64,000 nucleotides of DNA, from NCBI GenBank assembly GCA_050506795.1, contig JBJHCF010000023.1, positions 17,898 to 81,897 of the forward strand, written 5' to 3'. The translations under genes were made by a program, and so were the position numbers. Positions within the stretch are counted from its first letter, which is position 1; each line of letters starts with the position of its first letter. This DNA comes from Opitutia bacterium (GTDB lineage: Bacteria; Verrucomicrobiota; Verrucomicrobiia; Opitutales; T3Sed10-336). Below, piece after piece: positions 21,516 to 31,573 of this stretch. The notes beneath the pieces are model-generated. The model saw only the letters and a list, made by a program, of their open reading frames with translations, was not told the origin of the DNA and did not search any database.

Positions 21516-21674
21516 ACGATCTCGTAGATTTGGGTACGGAAAGCGTCGATTCATAAAGCCTTTCAGGTCGTTTGTTTAAATCTTGCCCAAACAAACACGT
21601 GACGGTTAGAGTCGGCAGCGCCGTAAGAAAGAGGTTAATATCAATAAAGCTATATGCAGGCGAGCAGGTGAAAA

Positions 21675-24050
21675 ATGAGAATGATGAATAAGAGATCCAC
21701 AACATACATCTGGTCTGCAGCCGCGGTGCTGCTGATATTGTCGTCGCTGGTGGCAGTATCGGAAGCCGAGGAGAACGGTTCGGGATCGAATGATAACATC
21801 AAGCCGTACGACGAGGTGGTTACCGACAAGTTCGAGACCAAACCGGGGCTGTTCTTCGCCCATACCGACGGTGAAAAGCTGCTTTACGAAATTCCGGCCC
21901 GGGAACTCGGTAAGGACATGTTGTGGATCACGCAGATTTCACAGACCCAGGCGGGGCATTCGTACGCGGGCATGCCGGTCCGCGACCGCACCGTTCGCTG
22001 GGAGCGGCGCGGCGACAACATCCTGCTGCGGGATGTGCGCTACACGATCCGTGCCGATGTCGATGATCCGATCGCAATTGCGGTCGAGCGCACCAGTGTC
22101 GCGCCAATTATCAAGGTCTTTCCCATCAAGGCCTGGGGCAAGGACAGGGCGCCGGTTATCGACGTGAGTGAGTTGTTTACGACGGAGGTGGCCGAATTCA
22201 GCGCCGCCAACCGGGTTGGAGGGAGTTCGATCGACAGCGGCCGGACATTCCTGGAACAAGTCAAATCGTTTCCCCGGAATATCGAAGTCAAGGTGCTGGC
22301 TACGTTCAATATGGATCGCGGTCAGGGAGGCGCTTCCAGCGGCATTACGGCGATCGTTCACCACAGCATGACCAAACTGCCGGAGAACCCGATGACGCCG
22401 CGGAGGTGGGACAGCCGAGTCGGCTATTTCAACGTCCGCTTCCAGGACTTCGGCGACTCCTCGAATCACGAACTTGAAGATATCCGCTATATCACCCGCT
22501 GGCGGCTGGAGAAGAAGGACCCGGACGCCGAGTTATCCGAACCGGTGCAACCGATCGTGTGGTACGTCGGACCGGCCGTGCCGAATAAATGGCGACCGTA
22601 TGTGCGGGCGGGGATTGAGATGTGGCAACCGGCTTTTGAAGCCGCCGGATTCAAGAACGCGATTATCGCAAAGGAACCGCCCGACCCGAGAGAGGACCCC
22701 GATTGGGACCCCGAAGACGCCCGCTACAGCACCATTCGCTGGCTCCCTTCCTCAACCGCCAACGCCTTCGGTCCGCATGTCAACGACCCTCGAACCGGTG
22801 AAATTCTCAACGCCGACGTCCGCATGTATCACAACGTGATGAAACTGGTCCGGGATTGGTATTTCGTCCAGGCATCGCCGAACGATGAAAGGGCACAGAA
22901 ACTGCCGATGCCCGACGATTTGATGGGCGAGCTGATCCAGTTCGTCGTGGCGCACGAAGTCGGCCATTCGATCGGCCTGCCTCACAACATGAAAGCGTCC
23001 AGCGCCTACTCGATCGAACAGCTTCGCGATCCGGAATGGACCGCCAAGTACGGGACCGCCCCGTCGATTATGGACTATGCCCGGTTCAATTACGTGGCCC
23101 AACCGGGGGACGGCGCCGCGCTGCTCCCCGCCGTCGGTCCCTACGATCACTTCGCGATCGAATGGGGCTACCGCCAGTTTCCCAAGGATGCCGACGACAA
23201 GGAAGAGTTGGAAAAGATTGTCGCCCGGCAGATCGACGAACCGATGTTTCGCTTCGGCAACGCATCGCCGGTCGAAGATCCGACCCGGCAAACCGAAGAC
23301 CTCGGCGACGATGCGGTCGAAGCCACCCGGCTCGGCCTGGCTAATCTTAAAAGGGTGAGCGGTTACCTGGTCGAGGCGACCAGCAACCCCGGACAAGACT
23401 ATTCGCTGCTGTCGAATATGTACGACCAGTTGCTCGGACAATGGTCGCGGGAAATGGCCCACGTGGCCAACGTCGTCGGTGGCGTCGAGGAGATCAACCT
23501 GTATTTTGGCGATGCCGACCGCCGATATCATCCGATCGGCTCGGACAAGCAGCGCGAAGCTGTCCAATTCCTGCTCGAGAATGCCTTGGCGACTCCCAGC
23601 GAAGCGTTTGTTTCCGAAGACATCCTGTTGCGCCTGGAAGCGGCCGGTTCTCCTGACCGGATGTTATCCAGACAGGCAAGTTTGCTGCGGTTGCTGCTGC
23701 ATCAAAACCGAATCAAGCGGATGGCGGAACTGGCCGAACGCAACGGCGACACCTATACGTCACATGAATTGTTTCGCGACATCACCGACGGGCTGTGGTC
23801 GGAGTTGAACGGTGATCAACCTTCTATCGACGTCTATCGGCGCAATTTGCAACGGACCCATGTCGGGTTCCTCGCGTCGCTGATCGAAAATCCCGCCGCG
23901 GACACCGACGCCCCGGCCCTGGCCCGACTCGAACTCGAGGTCATTCGGGATCAAGTGAACGAGCGGAACGGCTCCGCCGCCAACGAAATCACCGAAGCCC
24001 ACCTGCGGGACATCGCGGCCCGGATCGAACGGGCGTTGAACGGCGATTGA
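21675..24050 (+). CDS. Secreted zinc-dependent metalloprotease (EcxA-like, DUF5117/DUF4953)
   Basis: PRRWDSRVGYF, YITRWRLEKKD, DPRTGEILNAD, zinc motif AHEVGHSIGLPHN, Met-turn SIMDY. Confidence 0.9.
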   Translation: MRMMNKRSTTYIWSAAAVLLILSSLVAVSEAEENGSGSNDNIKPYDEVVTDKFETKPGLFFAHTDGEKLLYEIPARELGKDMLWITQISQTQAGHSYAGMPVRDRTVRWERRGDNILLRDVRYTIRADVDDPIAIAVERTSVAPIIKVFPIKAWGKDRAPVIDVSELFTTEVAEFSAANRVGGSSIDSGRTFLEQVKSFPRNIEVKVLATFNMDRGQGGASSGITAIVHHSMTKLPENPMTPRRWDSRVGYFNVRFQDFGDSSNHELEDIRYITRWRLEKKDPDAELSEPVQPIVWYVGPAVPNKWRPYVRAGIEMWQPAFEAAGFKNAIIAKEPPDPREDPDWDPEDARYSTIRWLPSSTANAFGPHVNDPRTGEILNADVRMYHNVMKLVRDWYFVQASPNDERAQKLPMPDDLMGELIQFVVAHEVGHSIGLPHNMKASSAYSIEQLRDPEWTAKYGTAPSIMDYARFNYVAQPGDGAALLPAVGPYDHFAIEWGYRQFPKDADDKEELEKIVARQIDEPMFRFGNASPVEDPTRQTEDLGDDAVEATRLGLANLKRVSGYLVEATSNPGQDYSLLSNMYDQLLGQWSREMAHVANVVGGVEEINLYFGDADRRYHPIGSDKQREAVQFLLENALATPSEAFVSEDILLRLEAAGSPDRMLSRQASLLRLLLHQNRIKRMAELAERNGDTYTSHELFRDITDGLWSELNGDQPSIDVYRRNLQRTHVGFLASLIENPAADTDAPALARLELEVIRDQVNERNGSAANEITEAHLRDIAARIERALNGD

Positions 24051-24130
24051 CACCCATCATTCGACCTAAAAGCAGCGGCCCCCCTTCCCCCGTAGCCGGG
24101 GCGGGTTGGGCGGCGGACTTCCGGGAAGGA

Positions 24131-24178
24131 CTCACACGGAGTCACGCCCTCGACAAGCTCAGGCCGGTTAGGGCTCAC
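24131..24178. repeat. Half copy of the MITE type B REP core
   Basis: CTCACACGGAGTCACGCCCTCGACAAGCTCAGGCCGGT matches the cores at ~2302, ~55296 and ~56481. Confidence 0.7.
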
Positions 24179-24267
24179 TCATGGATGGTGTCACAGACAT
24201 TCGTCTGTCTTTGCCGCCTCACACCAAAACTTTCTCTGACGCCTTCGAGTCCTCCTCCACACCCCAC

Positions 24268-24302
24268 TTGACAACCGACCAACCAGCTGGTCTATTACCA
24301 AA
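24268..24302 (+). promoter_or_regulatory. Putative TA promoter/operator
   Basis: TTGACA at 24268, palindrome ACCAGCTGGT just downstream, ATG follows without a Shine-Dalgarno sequence. Confidence 0.5.
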
Positions 24303-24584
24303 ATGAAGACCATTGGGATTTTTGAAGCGAAGACACAGTTTCCGCGACTCTGCACGGAGGTCGAAGAAACCCGCTCGCCGATTCTCGTAAAACGCCGCGG
24401 CCATCCGGTTGTCATCATCTCGCCCGTCCCTCCCGAATACGGCCAGTCGCGGCCGGATATCGTTTCCGACCTGGAAAGGTGGAACAAAGAGCACGGACGC
24501 CGAGAGCCACGCGCGGAATTTCCTGACGTGTGGAAGAAGCGCGTCAGCCGCGCGACGAGCCCTCTCACCGAACACGAGAAGTGA
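24303..24584 (+). CDS. Phd/YefM-family antitoxin
   Basis: MKTIGIFEAKTQFPRL..PILVKRRGHPVVII is a canonical Phd N-terminus; its stop overlaps the toxin start (GTGA). Confidence 0.85.
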   Translation: MKTIGIFEAKTQFPRLCTEVEETRSPILVKRRGHPVVIISPVPPEYGQSRPDIVSDLERWNKEHGRREPRAEFPDVWKKRVSRATSPLTEHEK

Positions 24585-24988
24585 CCGGATATCTCCTCGA
24601 CACATCCGTCTATTCCCAGCCGCTTCGACGAAAACCGGCGAAATCCGCGCTGCACCGATGGCGGGAAGTCGGCGATGGGCAGTGCGGTGTATCCATTATA
24701 TCAGTCGCCGAGGTCGAGTGGGGTCTGCACCTGGAAAACCATCCGGTGCGTTGGGAAAAATATCACCGCATCCTCGAAGGCCGCCTGCAGGTATTGGCCG
24801 CCGGGGACGAAGTCTGGAAAAAATTCTCGGAGATAAAGGCGCGTCAGCAACGAGCCGGCCATCCGGTTGCCGACCTGGACCTTCTGATCGCAGCCACCGC
24901 CATCGTGCACCGTTTAACCGTAGCGACCCTGGATCACTCCGACTTTTCCCGTATCCAAGGCGTAGCCTGGGAGGACTGGTGCGTCTGA
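24581..24988 (+). CDS. vapC: VapC/PIN-domain toxin
   Basis: YLLDTSV, SVAEVEWG, DLLIAATA..TVATLD.SDFSRI; GTG start coupled to the antitoxin stop. Confidence 0.88.
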   Translation: MTGYLLDTSVYSQPLRRKPAKSALHRWREVGDGQCGVSIISVAEVEWGLHLENHPVRWEKYHRILEGRLQVLAAGDEVWKKFSEIKARQQRAGHPVADLDLLIAATAIVHRLTVATLDHSDFSRIQGVAWEDWCV

Positions 24989-25113
24989 TTCGCTTGCGGA
25001 CTTCGTTCTGACAGTCCTGCATAAAGCGAATGACATCTTGACTCTCGACAACCACCGAGCAGCGGCATTGTCAGCAGGCAGGAATGTCCGCGTCACTGGT
25101 ACTGATCGCCGGG

Positions 25114-27441
25114 TCAGCGGCGGTTGGAATCGACGAGCTGGAATACTCGGCTTTCCACTCCCGCGGGCACATAGCGGTCTCCTTCGATTGTCGTACCCAT
25201 CGGATTGTAAATCGTGAAGAACACCCTGGCGGGCGGAAGGTTTCGGAATTCAAACCGGCCATCCGATCCGGTTACTTCGAAATGGGAATTCATTCGGGGA
25301 ACCGCGGAATCGGCGGACTCCCAGGAAACGCGAATTCCCTCCACCCCCCGTCCGGATTCTTTGGATACGATGCGTCCCCGGAAAGGCAGACCCTGGGTGA
25401 ACTGTATGGTCGCTCCAGTCGCCAACAGATCCACCGGAACCTTTTCCGGGACAAGTGCCGCCGATTCAGGGGTCACTTCAAACGATCCGATTGCCCTGGG
25501 CGAAACGGGGACATTCAAAATTCCATTGGCGTTCGTATGAAGCCAGGTCGAAACCGGGCGGCCCTGATCGGCGGGTCGCAAGCCGATCAGGACGCGCTGG
25601 TTGGAATACGGGCGTCCGTCGGGAGCGAGAACCCGAAGTGATCGATGCACGGGCTCGGGCAATTCCAGAACAAGATCGCGGACCGGCATGGTTCGGGTGA
25701 TGGAAGTGGATCCGGAAGCGGTCAACAACCCGGAATTCGCGCTAACATCAAGTCTCCGGCTCGAAAAAGGAATGGGCTCCGAGATGTGCCATTCGGCAAC
25801 GTCCCTGACCATGCTGTATCTGGACTTAATGTCAATTCGATCCCCGGATCGGCGGTCGATAGCGTGAATAAAATGAACGTCGGCCAGTTCACCCCGGTGG
25901 TCCAACACCTTGACGCGAAGCATGCCGGCAGGTTCAATGGGTATATCAACCAGGGTCGGATTCGACTCAACCGCATATCGCTGGTCCTTGTGGGCGATAA
26001 TTCCGCCCACAAGATTCCTGTTTCTCACTTCAAAAGTCGCTCCCTTGGGAAGCATGACGACCGCTTTTCCATCTTCGACATCGACATTCTGAAGCGTGTG
26101 CGATGACGAGCGTGGATCCTGCCAGGCAATACTTACTGCGCCGGCAGGCGGACTCCATCCTCGTGCGGGCTTCAGCGACAAGTGTACCTCCGCCTCAAGA
26201 GGCGGATGGATCTCGTCGTAGTCGATGACAAATTCGGTGATCGGATCGCTTAAAGGCGGCACTTCGATCCATATCCCAAAAAGGTGGATTGAAACTTTAT
26301 CAGGCCTCAGGCGATCCAGGGTCACTTCAACCCGATCGTCAACGATTTCAGGGCGCTGGACGAATCGGGTCACCGAATGGGCCTGTCTGTACTGGATACG
26401 CCCCACGTCCGAAACACCCGCCAGATTAACGATGCGCAGTTCGACGCGGTGTTCGATTGGAATCTCGACAGTGATTTCCCGGTCCGCCTCGGGATCGAGA
26501 TCGAAGACCACCGAGCGTCGTCCCTCCCACGAAGCCATCATGGTGTAGATGAATTCGTCACTGAGCCCATCGGCGATCACAACGCCGTTTCCGTCGCTTC
26601 GTTTCCCCGAGCTGTTCCATGACGGAAAAGTTCCGAATCGGGCGAACGCCGGCGTGTGCACGGCGCGGAGGAGGACATCCTCCATCGGGTCACCCGTGGC
26701 GGCATCCACGAAACGGACGCGGGCCGATCGTTCGTCCCGGAGCGCGACGGTCAACGGGCTCAGGTCCGGAGCCAAACGAATTCCTGCCATCCGTCGGGAC
26801 TGAAACCCTTCCCGGCTTACAATAATATTCGCCGGCATTTCGTGGGCGATATGAGTGAATCGAGCGGTTCCGTTTTCATCGCTCAAAGCAGTCATTACGA
26901 TGGAACTCTCAGGCCTCCTGATCTCCACCTTCGCGCCGGCGATCGGGACGCCGTCCTCGTCAGTGCATCGAACCTCCATATCGAATCCCCGATCCATTCG
27001 AACCACGAGGTTTGCCGCGGACTGGTTTTCCTGTATCACGGTTACGGCGGGCGCGTAACCCTCTTTCCTGACGGTGATTTGCAGCGCACCCTCAAGGATA
27101 TCGGTCTCAAAACGTCCATCCTTGCCGGTGGTGCCCTCAGCGCTGGCGGGCGTCTGGCCGGAGCTTACTCGAACCGCCCATGAAGCGCCTCCAATCGCCT
27201 CGCCCGCGGCATCGGTCACCACACCGGCAACCCGCCGCTCGCCGCGCTCGTCTCCAAGCGCCGCGGACCGGTCGGGATGGGCGAGTTCCCTCATTCTTTC
27301 AATCGCTTCTTCCGATGATGGGTGCGGAATCAGTGCAACGATCGCCGGCGCGAGAAGCAAAACGGCGAGTGCTGCAATCGTCAGGAAACGGGCGCCGGCA
27401 AACCGCCGGGACGCGGGTAACTGGGGGGATCGGCTCTTCAT
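25114..27441 (-). CDS. Membrane-anchored protein with repeated carboxypeptidase-regulatory-like (beta-sandwich) domains
   Basis: N-terminal TM; repeated GVVTDAAGEAIGGA, TDEDGVPIAGAKV, GRIVSKESGRGVEG..GSDGRFEFRNLP; start placed at MKSRS. Confidence 0.7.
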   Translation of the reverse strand: MKSRSPQLPASRRFAGARFLTIAALAVLLLAPAIVALIPHPSSEEAIERMRELAHPDRSAALGDERGERRVAGVVTDAAGEAIGGASWAVRVSSGQTPASAEGTTGKDGRFETDILEGALQITVRKEGYAPAVTVIQENQSAANLVVRMDRGFDMEVRCTDEDGVPIAGAKVEIRRPESSIVMTALSDENGTARFTHIAHEMPANIIVSREGFQSRRMAGIRLAPDLSPLTVALRDERSARVRFVDAATGDPMEDVLLRAVHTPAFARFGTFPSWNSSGKRSDGNGVVIADGLSDEFIYTMMASWEGRRSVVFDLDPEADREITVEIPIEHRVELRIVNLAGVSDVGRIQYRQAHSVTRFVQRPEIVDDRVEVTLDRLRPDKVSIHLFGIWIEVPPLSDPITEFVIDYDEIHPPLEAEVHLSLKPARGWSPPAGAVSIAWQDPRSSSHTLQNVDVEDGKAVVMLPKGATFEVRNRNLVGGIIAHKDQRYAVESNPTLVDIPIEPAGMLRVKVLDHRGELADVHFIHAIDRRSGDRIDIKSRYSMVRDVAEWHISEPIPFSSRRLDVSANSGLLTASGSTSITRTMPVRDLVLELPEPVHRSLRVLAPDGRPYSNQRVLIGLRPADQGRPVSTWLHTNANGILNVPVSPRAIGSFEVTPESAALVPEKVPVDLLATGATIQFTQGLPFRGRIVSKESGRGVEGIRVSWESADSAVPRMNSHFEVTGSDGRFEFRNLPPARVFFTIYNPMGTTIEGDRYVPAGVESRVFQLVDSNRR

Positions 27442-27801
27442 GGGCGGAGAAAAGTTTTCCGGAACCCCGCGGCGAGAGCAAGCCAAATTCCATTGATCGA
27501 GAACCCGGCGACCGGCCGTTTTGTGCCTTGACCCAACCATGGGGCATGATGACTTTACATCGGACACGCGAAAAATTTGCCACCGCTTTCGCTCAGACCG
27601 ACTTTTCTTCATCCTTTTCGTGTGGTTCGTGTGTTTCGTGGGTCAAACCATTCCTAAGGCGGGCGGAGCGAAGGGAACGGGTCACCACCTTCGTCTGGCA
27701 CGATTACGGCCGTGCGGGAGCATGGCCCTCCAGGAAGCCTCTTTCGGCAAAGGCCGGACACCTACGCATCGGACAATGTCCTTAACCGAACGCCGATCCT
27801 C

Positions 27802-28179
27802 CTACTCTCCACCCTCCCCTTCGAATCCGGTGGATCCGTGCAAAGTGGCAGGTCCGGAGCCAACCACCCTCGACCCGGGAGGAAGAGCCTCAAGAATGTT
27901 CGCAGTCGGGGTGCCGTCCGGCCGTCGCAGGCGCCCGCCCTCGCTGGCTAGATCGCTAACCGGCATAACATTACCACCCGGAAGTATCCGCTGGTGGGCC
28001 TCGCTGGATTGATCGCTACTAACCCGCATTACATTACCGCCCATAAAGACGATGTATCCTCCGGACGTCCCGAATGTCCCGCGGTCATCCCAGGTCCCGT
28101 CTTCCCTCAATCCGCGGGTCCATGCTATCGGAGTCGTTGATGGCAACAGCGCGGTTTTGGATATGTTTTCCGGGTTCAT
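27802..28179 (-). pseudogene. In-frame internal-deletion derivative of the 30281..31204 gene (prepilin-like C-terminal domain only)
   Basis: MNPENISKTAL is joined directly to PSTTPIAWTRGLREDGTWD; same RBS and same C-terminus (LHGSTG.xGEGGE) as 30281..31204. Confidence 0.7.
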
Positions 28180-28197
28180 CTGCAAAACTCCTTCTGA

Positions 28198-28947
28198 TTA
28201 TTCGGTTGGTGGGCCTCTCCCCCTTGTCCCGTCAGGGATCGGGGGGTCCGGGGCGCCATAGATGGACTGCTCGGGCGTGAGGCGCTCGAGGATGTTCGTC
28301 GGAAGCGTTTCTTCGTCGAAGGAGCTCCAAATTTGATCGGGCTCCAGGTTCCTTCGCCACTGGACATGACCTCCCAGGTAGACGAGGTGGCCACCCTGGT
28401 CGCCATAAACCCCGTTTTCGCGGTCCCAACGTCCGTCCTCTCGCAGGCCCCGTGTAAAGCCAATGGGTGTGGTGCGTGGCATCGATAGTGTCAGACCGCC
28501 GACCAGCTGGTAGGAGATTCCGGAATTCAAAAATTCCGGATTGATTTGAATGCCGTCGTTTTCCCTGACCATGACGCGATCGGAATTCCGGGGGCGACTT
28601 ACTCCGGGATGTTGATCGAAGGCCGAGTAGTAAATATACCAATTATCAAATCCACTGATCTCCCGAGCCAGGGCCGCGGCAAATCGATGGACGTTGGTAG
28701 TCTCGCCGTCCGCGGGCACACCGTCAGGCCCAAGATTGGTCTCCGGGAGACGTCCCTCCCGTTCCATCGCGTAGATCAAAGCCGCCTGGCCGATCTGGCG
28801 AATATTACTGGAGTCAATCGTCCGTCTGTTGCCTCCATTGCGAACCTGGCTGACATTGGTAATCAGAATGGCCGCGAGAATGACGGTGAGCACGGCGGCG
28901 ACGATCCAGGTAAAGGGCGGTACCATTTGCCGTTTGGGTGGTTGCAT
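28198..28947 (-). CDS. Prepilin/pseudopilin-like (DUF1559-type) protein
   Basis: Pilin-like N-helix PFTWIVAAVLTVILAAILI, SNIRQIGQAALIYA..GRLP, C-terminal GGHLVYLGGHV. Confidence 0.65.
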   Translation of the reverse strand: MQPPKRQMVPPFTWIVAAVLTVILAAILITNVSQVRNGGNRRTIDSSNIRQIGQAALIYAMEREGRLPETNLGPDGVPADGETTNVHRFAAALAREISGFDNWYIYYSAFDQHPGVSRPRNSDRVMVRENDGIQINPEFLNSGISYQLVGGLTLSMPRTTPIGFTRGLREDGRWDRENGVYGDQGGHLVYLGGHVQWRRNLEPDQIWSSFDEETLPTNILERLTPEQSIYGAPDPPIPDGTRGRGPPTE

Positions 28948-29129
28948 TGCGCTCCTTGGTTTCCGATTCAGGCTGCTGACTTCTGATCTCCGGCTTGGCC
29001 CGGATGGCTGCGACCTGGTGAGGGTGGGTTTTTCTGCGGCAACACGTTAGTCGTCGACTGTGTTCGGACGAATATTGCCGGTAAAGGGTTGGGATGGAAA
29101 GAAAAAAGGCGAGCAGAGTCACGACCTCG

Positions 29130-29300
29130 ACGAACTCCACCGCTCCAAAACTCCCGCACTCCACGGCTCCTTGCGACAGCGGTTCGCCCGCTTAAGCAGG
29201 GCGCTACGAAAGATCCCTCACAACCAGCAACGATGAACCGCCGCCAACGTTCCCCTCGTCCCTCGCCCCAATCCGCGCCCATCTGTGAAATGCTACGCCA
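29130..29300. repeat. Cluster of REP-like fragments (CTCCA 8-mers, a single arm of the 105-bp REP, ATCTGTG-type remnant)
   Basis: GCGGTTCGCCCGCTTAAGCAGGGCGCTACG (~29179-29208) is the reverse complement of the terminal arm of the 9544..10103 array, with one mismatch. Confidence 0.6.
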
Positions 29301-29433
29301 TCCACGCTCTGCTTCGTCTGTGTTTGCCTTCCTCGCAGATTTGAACGTTACAACCCGATGAACATCGTTTACAGCTTATAGCCTCCAGCCAATGCACATT
29401 CTCAACTTTGAAAGCCACATACCGTCGAAGCCG

Positions 29434-30249
29434 ATGCGCGCATTTCGTTCCGTTTCCGCCCGAACACGCTTGGCCGGGATCGCCACCTGTGTCGGTTTGC
29501 TTGCAACCGCCGGATGCCAGTCCACGCCAGCCTCGCAGGATACCGAAGCTAACACGTTCCGGACCGATGAGCCTTCCGCACCCGCCGAAACGGCTGCGCC
29601 CAACCCGGAGCGAACGCCGGCCGAGGGTTTTTACTACCGGGCGGTCAAAGTCGACGATCGCTGGATCGCGATCACCTTTGACGACGGCCCCGACCCGGAA
29701 CAGACTCCGTTACTGCTCGATATTCTCAACGAGAGGAGTATTCGCGCAACCTTCTTCGTGGTCGGCCGGAACGTGACCGACAACCGCCACCTCCTGGAGC
29801 GAATGGTCGCCGAGGGTCACGAAATCGGCAATCACTCCTGGGATCACCCTTATTTGGACGCAATCGATACCGATTCGGTAGACGAACAGCTCGAACGCAC
29901 GAGTTCCGCAATCCAGACGGTAACCGGCCTGGTTCCCACATTGATGCGTCCTCCCTACGGCGCCACGAACCCGACGTTGAATCAACGGATCAACGTAGAG
30001 CATGGCATGAAGGTGATTCTCTGGTCGATAGACTCCTTCGACTGGAGGCCCTCGAACCCCGAACGGATACAGCAGGCGATTCTCTCGGAAGCGCACCCCG
30101 GCGGCATCATCCTCGCACACGACACTCAAACGGCCACGATCGAAGCGATGCCTGACACACTCGATACCCTCACGGCACGGGGTTACCGATTCGTTACCGT
30201 CTCGGAACTGATCGAACTCGGACGACAAGCCTCGGCGCCTCCCGAATAA
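29434..30249 (+). CDS. Polysaccharide deacetylase (CE4/NodB), probable lipoprotein
   Basis: TFDDGP, HEIGNHSWDHP, RPPYG, DSFDW, ILAHD; lipobox-like LATAGC. Confidence 0.92.
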   Translation: MRAFRSVSARTRLAGIATCVGLLATAGCQSTPASQDTEANTFRTDEPSAPAETAAPNPERTPAEGFYYRAVKVDDRWIAITFDDGPDPEQTPLLLDILNERSIRATFFVVGRNVTDNRHLLERMVAEGHEIGNHSWDHPYLDAIDTDSVDEQLERTSSAIQTVTGLVPTLMRPPYGATNPTLNQRINVEHGMKVILWSIDSFDWRPSNPERIQQAILSEAHPGGIILAHDTQTATIEAMPDTLDTLTARGYRFVTVSELIELGRQASAPPE

Positions 30250-30280
30250 CGCCAAAGGCGAGCGAGGTTGACGTGACGTT

Positions 30281-31204
30281 CTATTCTCCTCCCTCGCCCG
30301 GAGAACCTGTTGATCCGTGCAAAGTGACTTGGCCGGAGCCAACGACCCTCGCCTCGGGGGGAAGAGCTTCCAGGATGTTCGCCGTCGGGGTGCCGTCAGG
30401 CCGCGTCAGGCGCCCGCCATCCCTGCCCAAATCACTGGCGTAAATGACACTGCCACTGAGGAAGACTATATGCCCTCCGGACGAACCATGCGCCCCGCTT
30501 TCATCCCAGGTTCCATCTTCCCTCAATCCCCGGGTCCACGCAATCGGAGTCGTCGAAGGCATATCAATGCTCAGGTTTGTCGCGAAGTCGATGGCCACGT
30601 TATTCTGGGCGGCGAACTGCGGATCCAGGCCTTGCCTGCTTTCGTCCAAAACCGTAGTCAAGCTGTCTTCCCGCCCCGACTCGGTATCCCCACCGGTAAC
30701 CCACATCGAAGCATCGTTTAGGCCGGCCGAAGCCAACAACCGGGCCACATCGTGGATCGTTTCCACGTCGTTTCCTCCCGGCAACAGGCCGTCATTGTCA
30801 TTGGCAAAGATCAGCGAAGCCTGGCCAACCTGCCGCAGGTTGCTCGCACCGACCCGCAAACTCTCGAAGCGCCTATCTTCGGCTTCGGTATCGCCCCCTT
30901 GCCTCGCCCTTCCGGTGCCAAGGGACACGAAGTACTCCTCTCCGTCCTTGCGGAGCATCAACCGCCGCTCGTTCGGATGGAACTCCACGATCTCGTAACC
31001 GGCAAACACTTCCCCCACGTCCGCCCAGGCGCTCCCTTCCTCCGCTCTGAGCGAAAAGAGAGGGCTCCCGCCAAGGTCGACAATTCCACGAAACTCCAAA
31101 TCGTCGGCCCTGGTCGATCCGGAGACCGAATGCGCCGCCAGGGGCAGCAGGAGAATTAACACCAGCGTCATCAACGCCGTCTTCGAAATACATTCCGGGC
31201 TCAT
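30281..31204 (-). CDS. Secreted protein with a GspC-like N-terminal part and a prepilin-type (DUF1559-like) C-terminal domain
   Basis: Signal peptide; FRGIVDLGGSPLFSL..W..VGE; SNLRQVGQASLIFANDNDGLLP; TPIAWTRGLREDGTWD; GGHIVFLSGSV. Confidence 0.6.
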   Translation of the reverse strand: MSPECISKTALMTLVLILLLPLAAHSVSGSTRADDLEFRGIVDLGGSPLFSLRAEEGSAWADVGEVFAGYEIVEFHPNERRLMLRKDGEEYFVSLGTGRARQGGDTEAEDRRFESLRVGASNLRQVGQASLIFANDNDGLLPGGNDVETIHDVARLLASAGLNDASMWVTGGDTESGREDSLTTVLDESRQGLDPQFAAQNNVAIDFATNLSIDMPSTTPIAWTRGLREDGTWDESGAHGSSGGHIVFLSGSVIYASDLGRDGGRLTRPDGTPTANILEALPPEARVVGSGQVTLHGSTGSPGEGGE

Positions 31205-31394
31205 CTGAAAAACTCCTTTCTTCTATTCGACCATTCCCACTGTCGCCGTACCGGATCTTCCAATCGCAGGTAAATCAGCACCAAGGATTTTAAATCGGCA
31301 TTAAACATTGACACTTCAATCGCTGTCCTATTACAGCAGGACAGTGAGCCTGTCAAGAGATTCCAGAATTTTTTTCGGCCCGATGAGGCGGGAG

Positions 31395-31493
31395 CTATTC
31401 GGCCGGCTTACCTGTGCCCCGTGTTCCGTCGGGGATCGGCGGGTCGGGGCGCCATGTCAAGGGCGGTACCAAATGCCTTTTAGGTGGTTGCAT
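31395..31493 (-). pseudogene. Internal-deletion remnant (32 aa) of the 28198..28947 gene
   Basis: MQPPKRHLVPPLTW is fused to RPDPPIPDGTRG; about 55 nt upstream are nearly identical to those upstream of 28947. Confidence 0.75.
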
Positions 31494-31573
31494 CGTGCTC
31501 CTTGGTTTCCGATTCAGGCTGCTGGCTTCTGATCTCCGGCTTGGCACTCGGATGGTTGCGACCCAGCCTCCGC

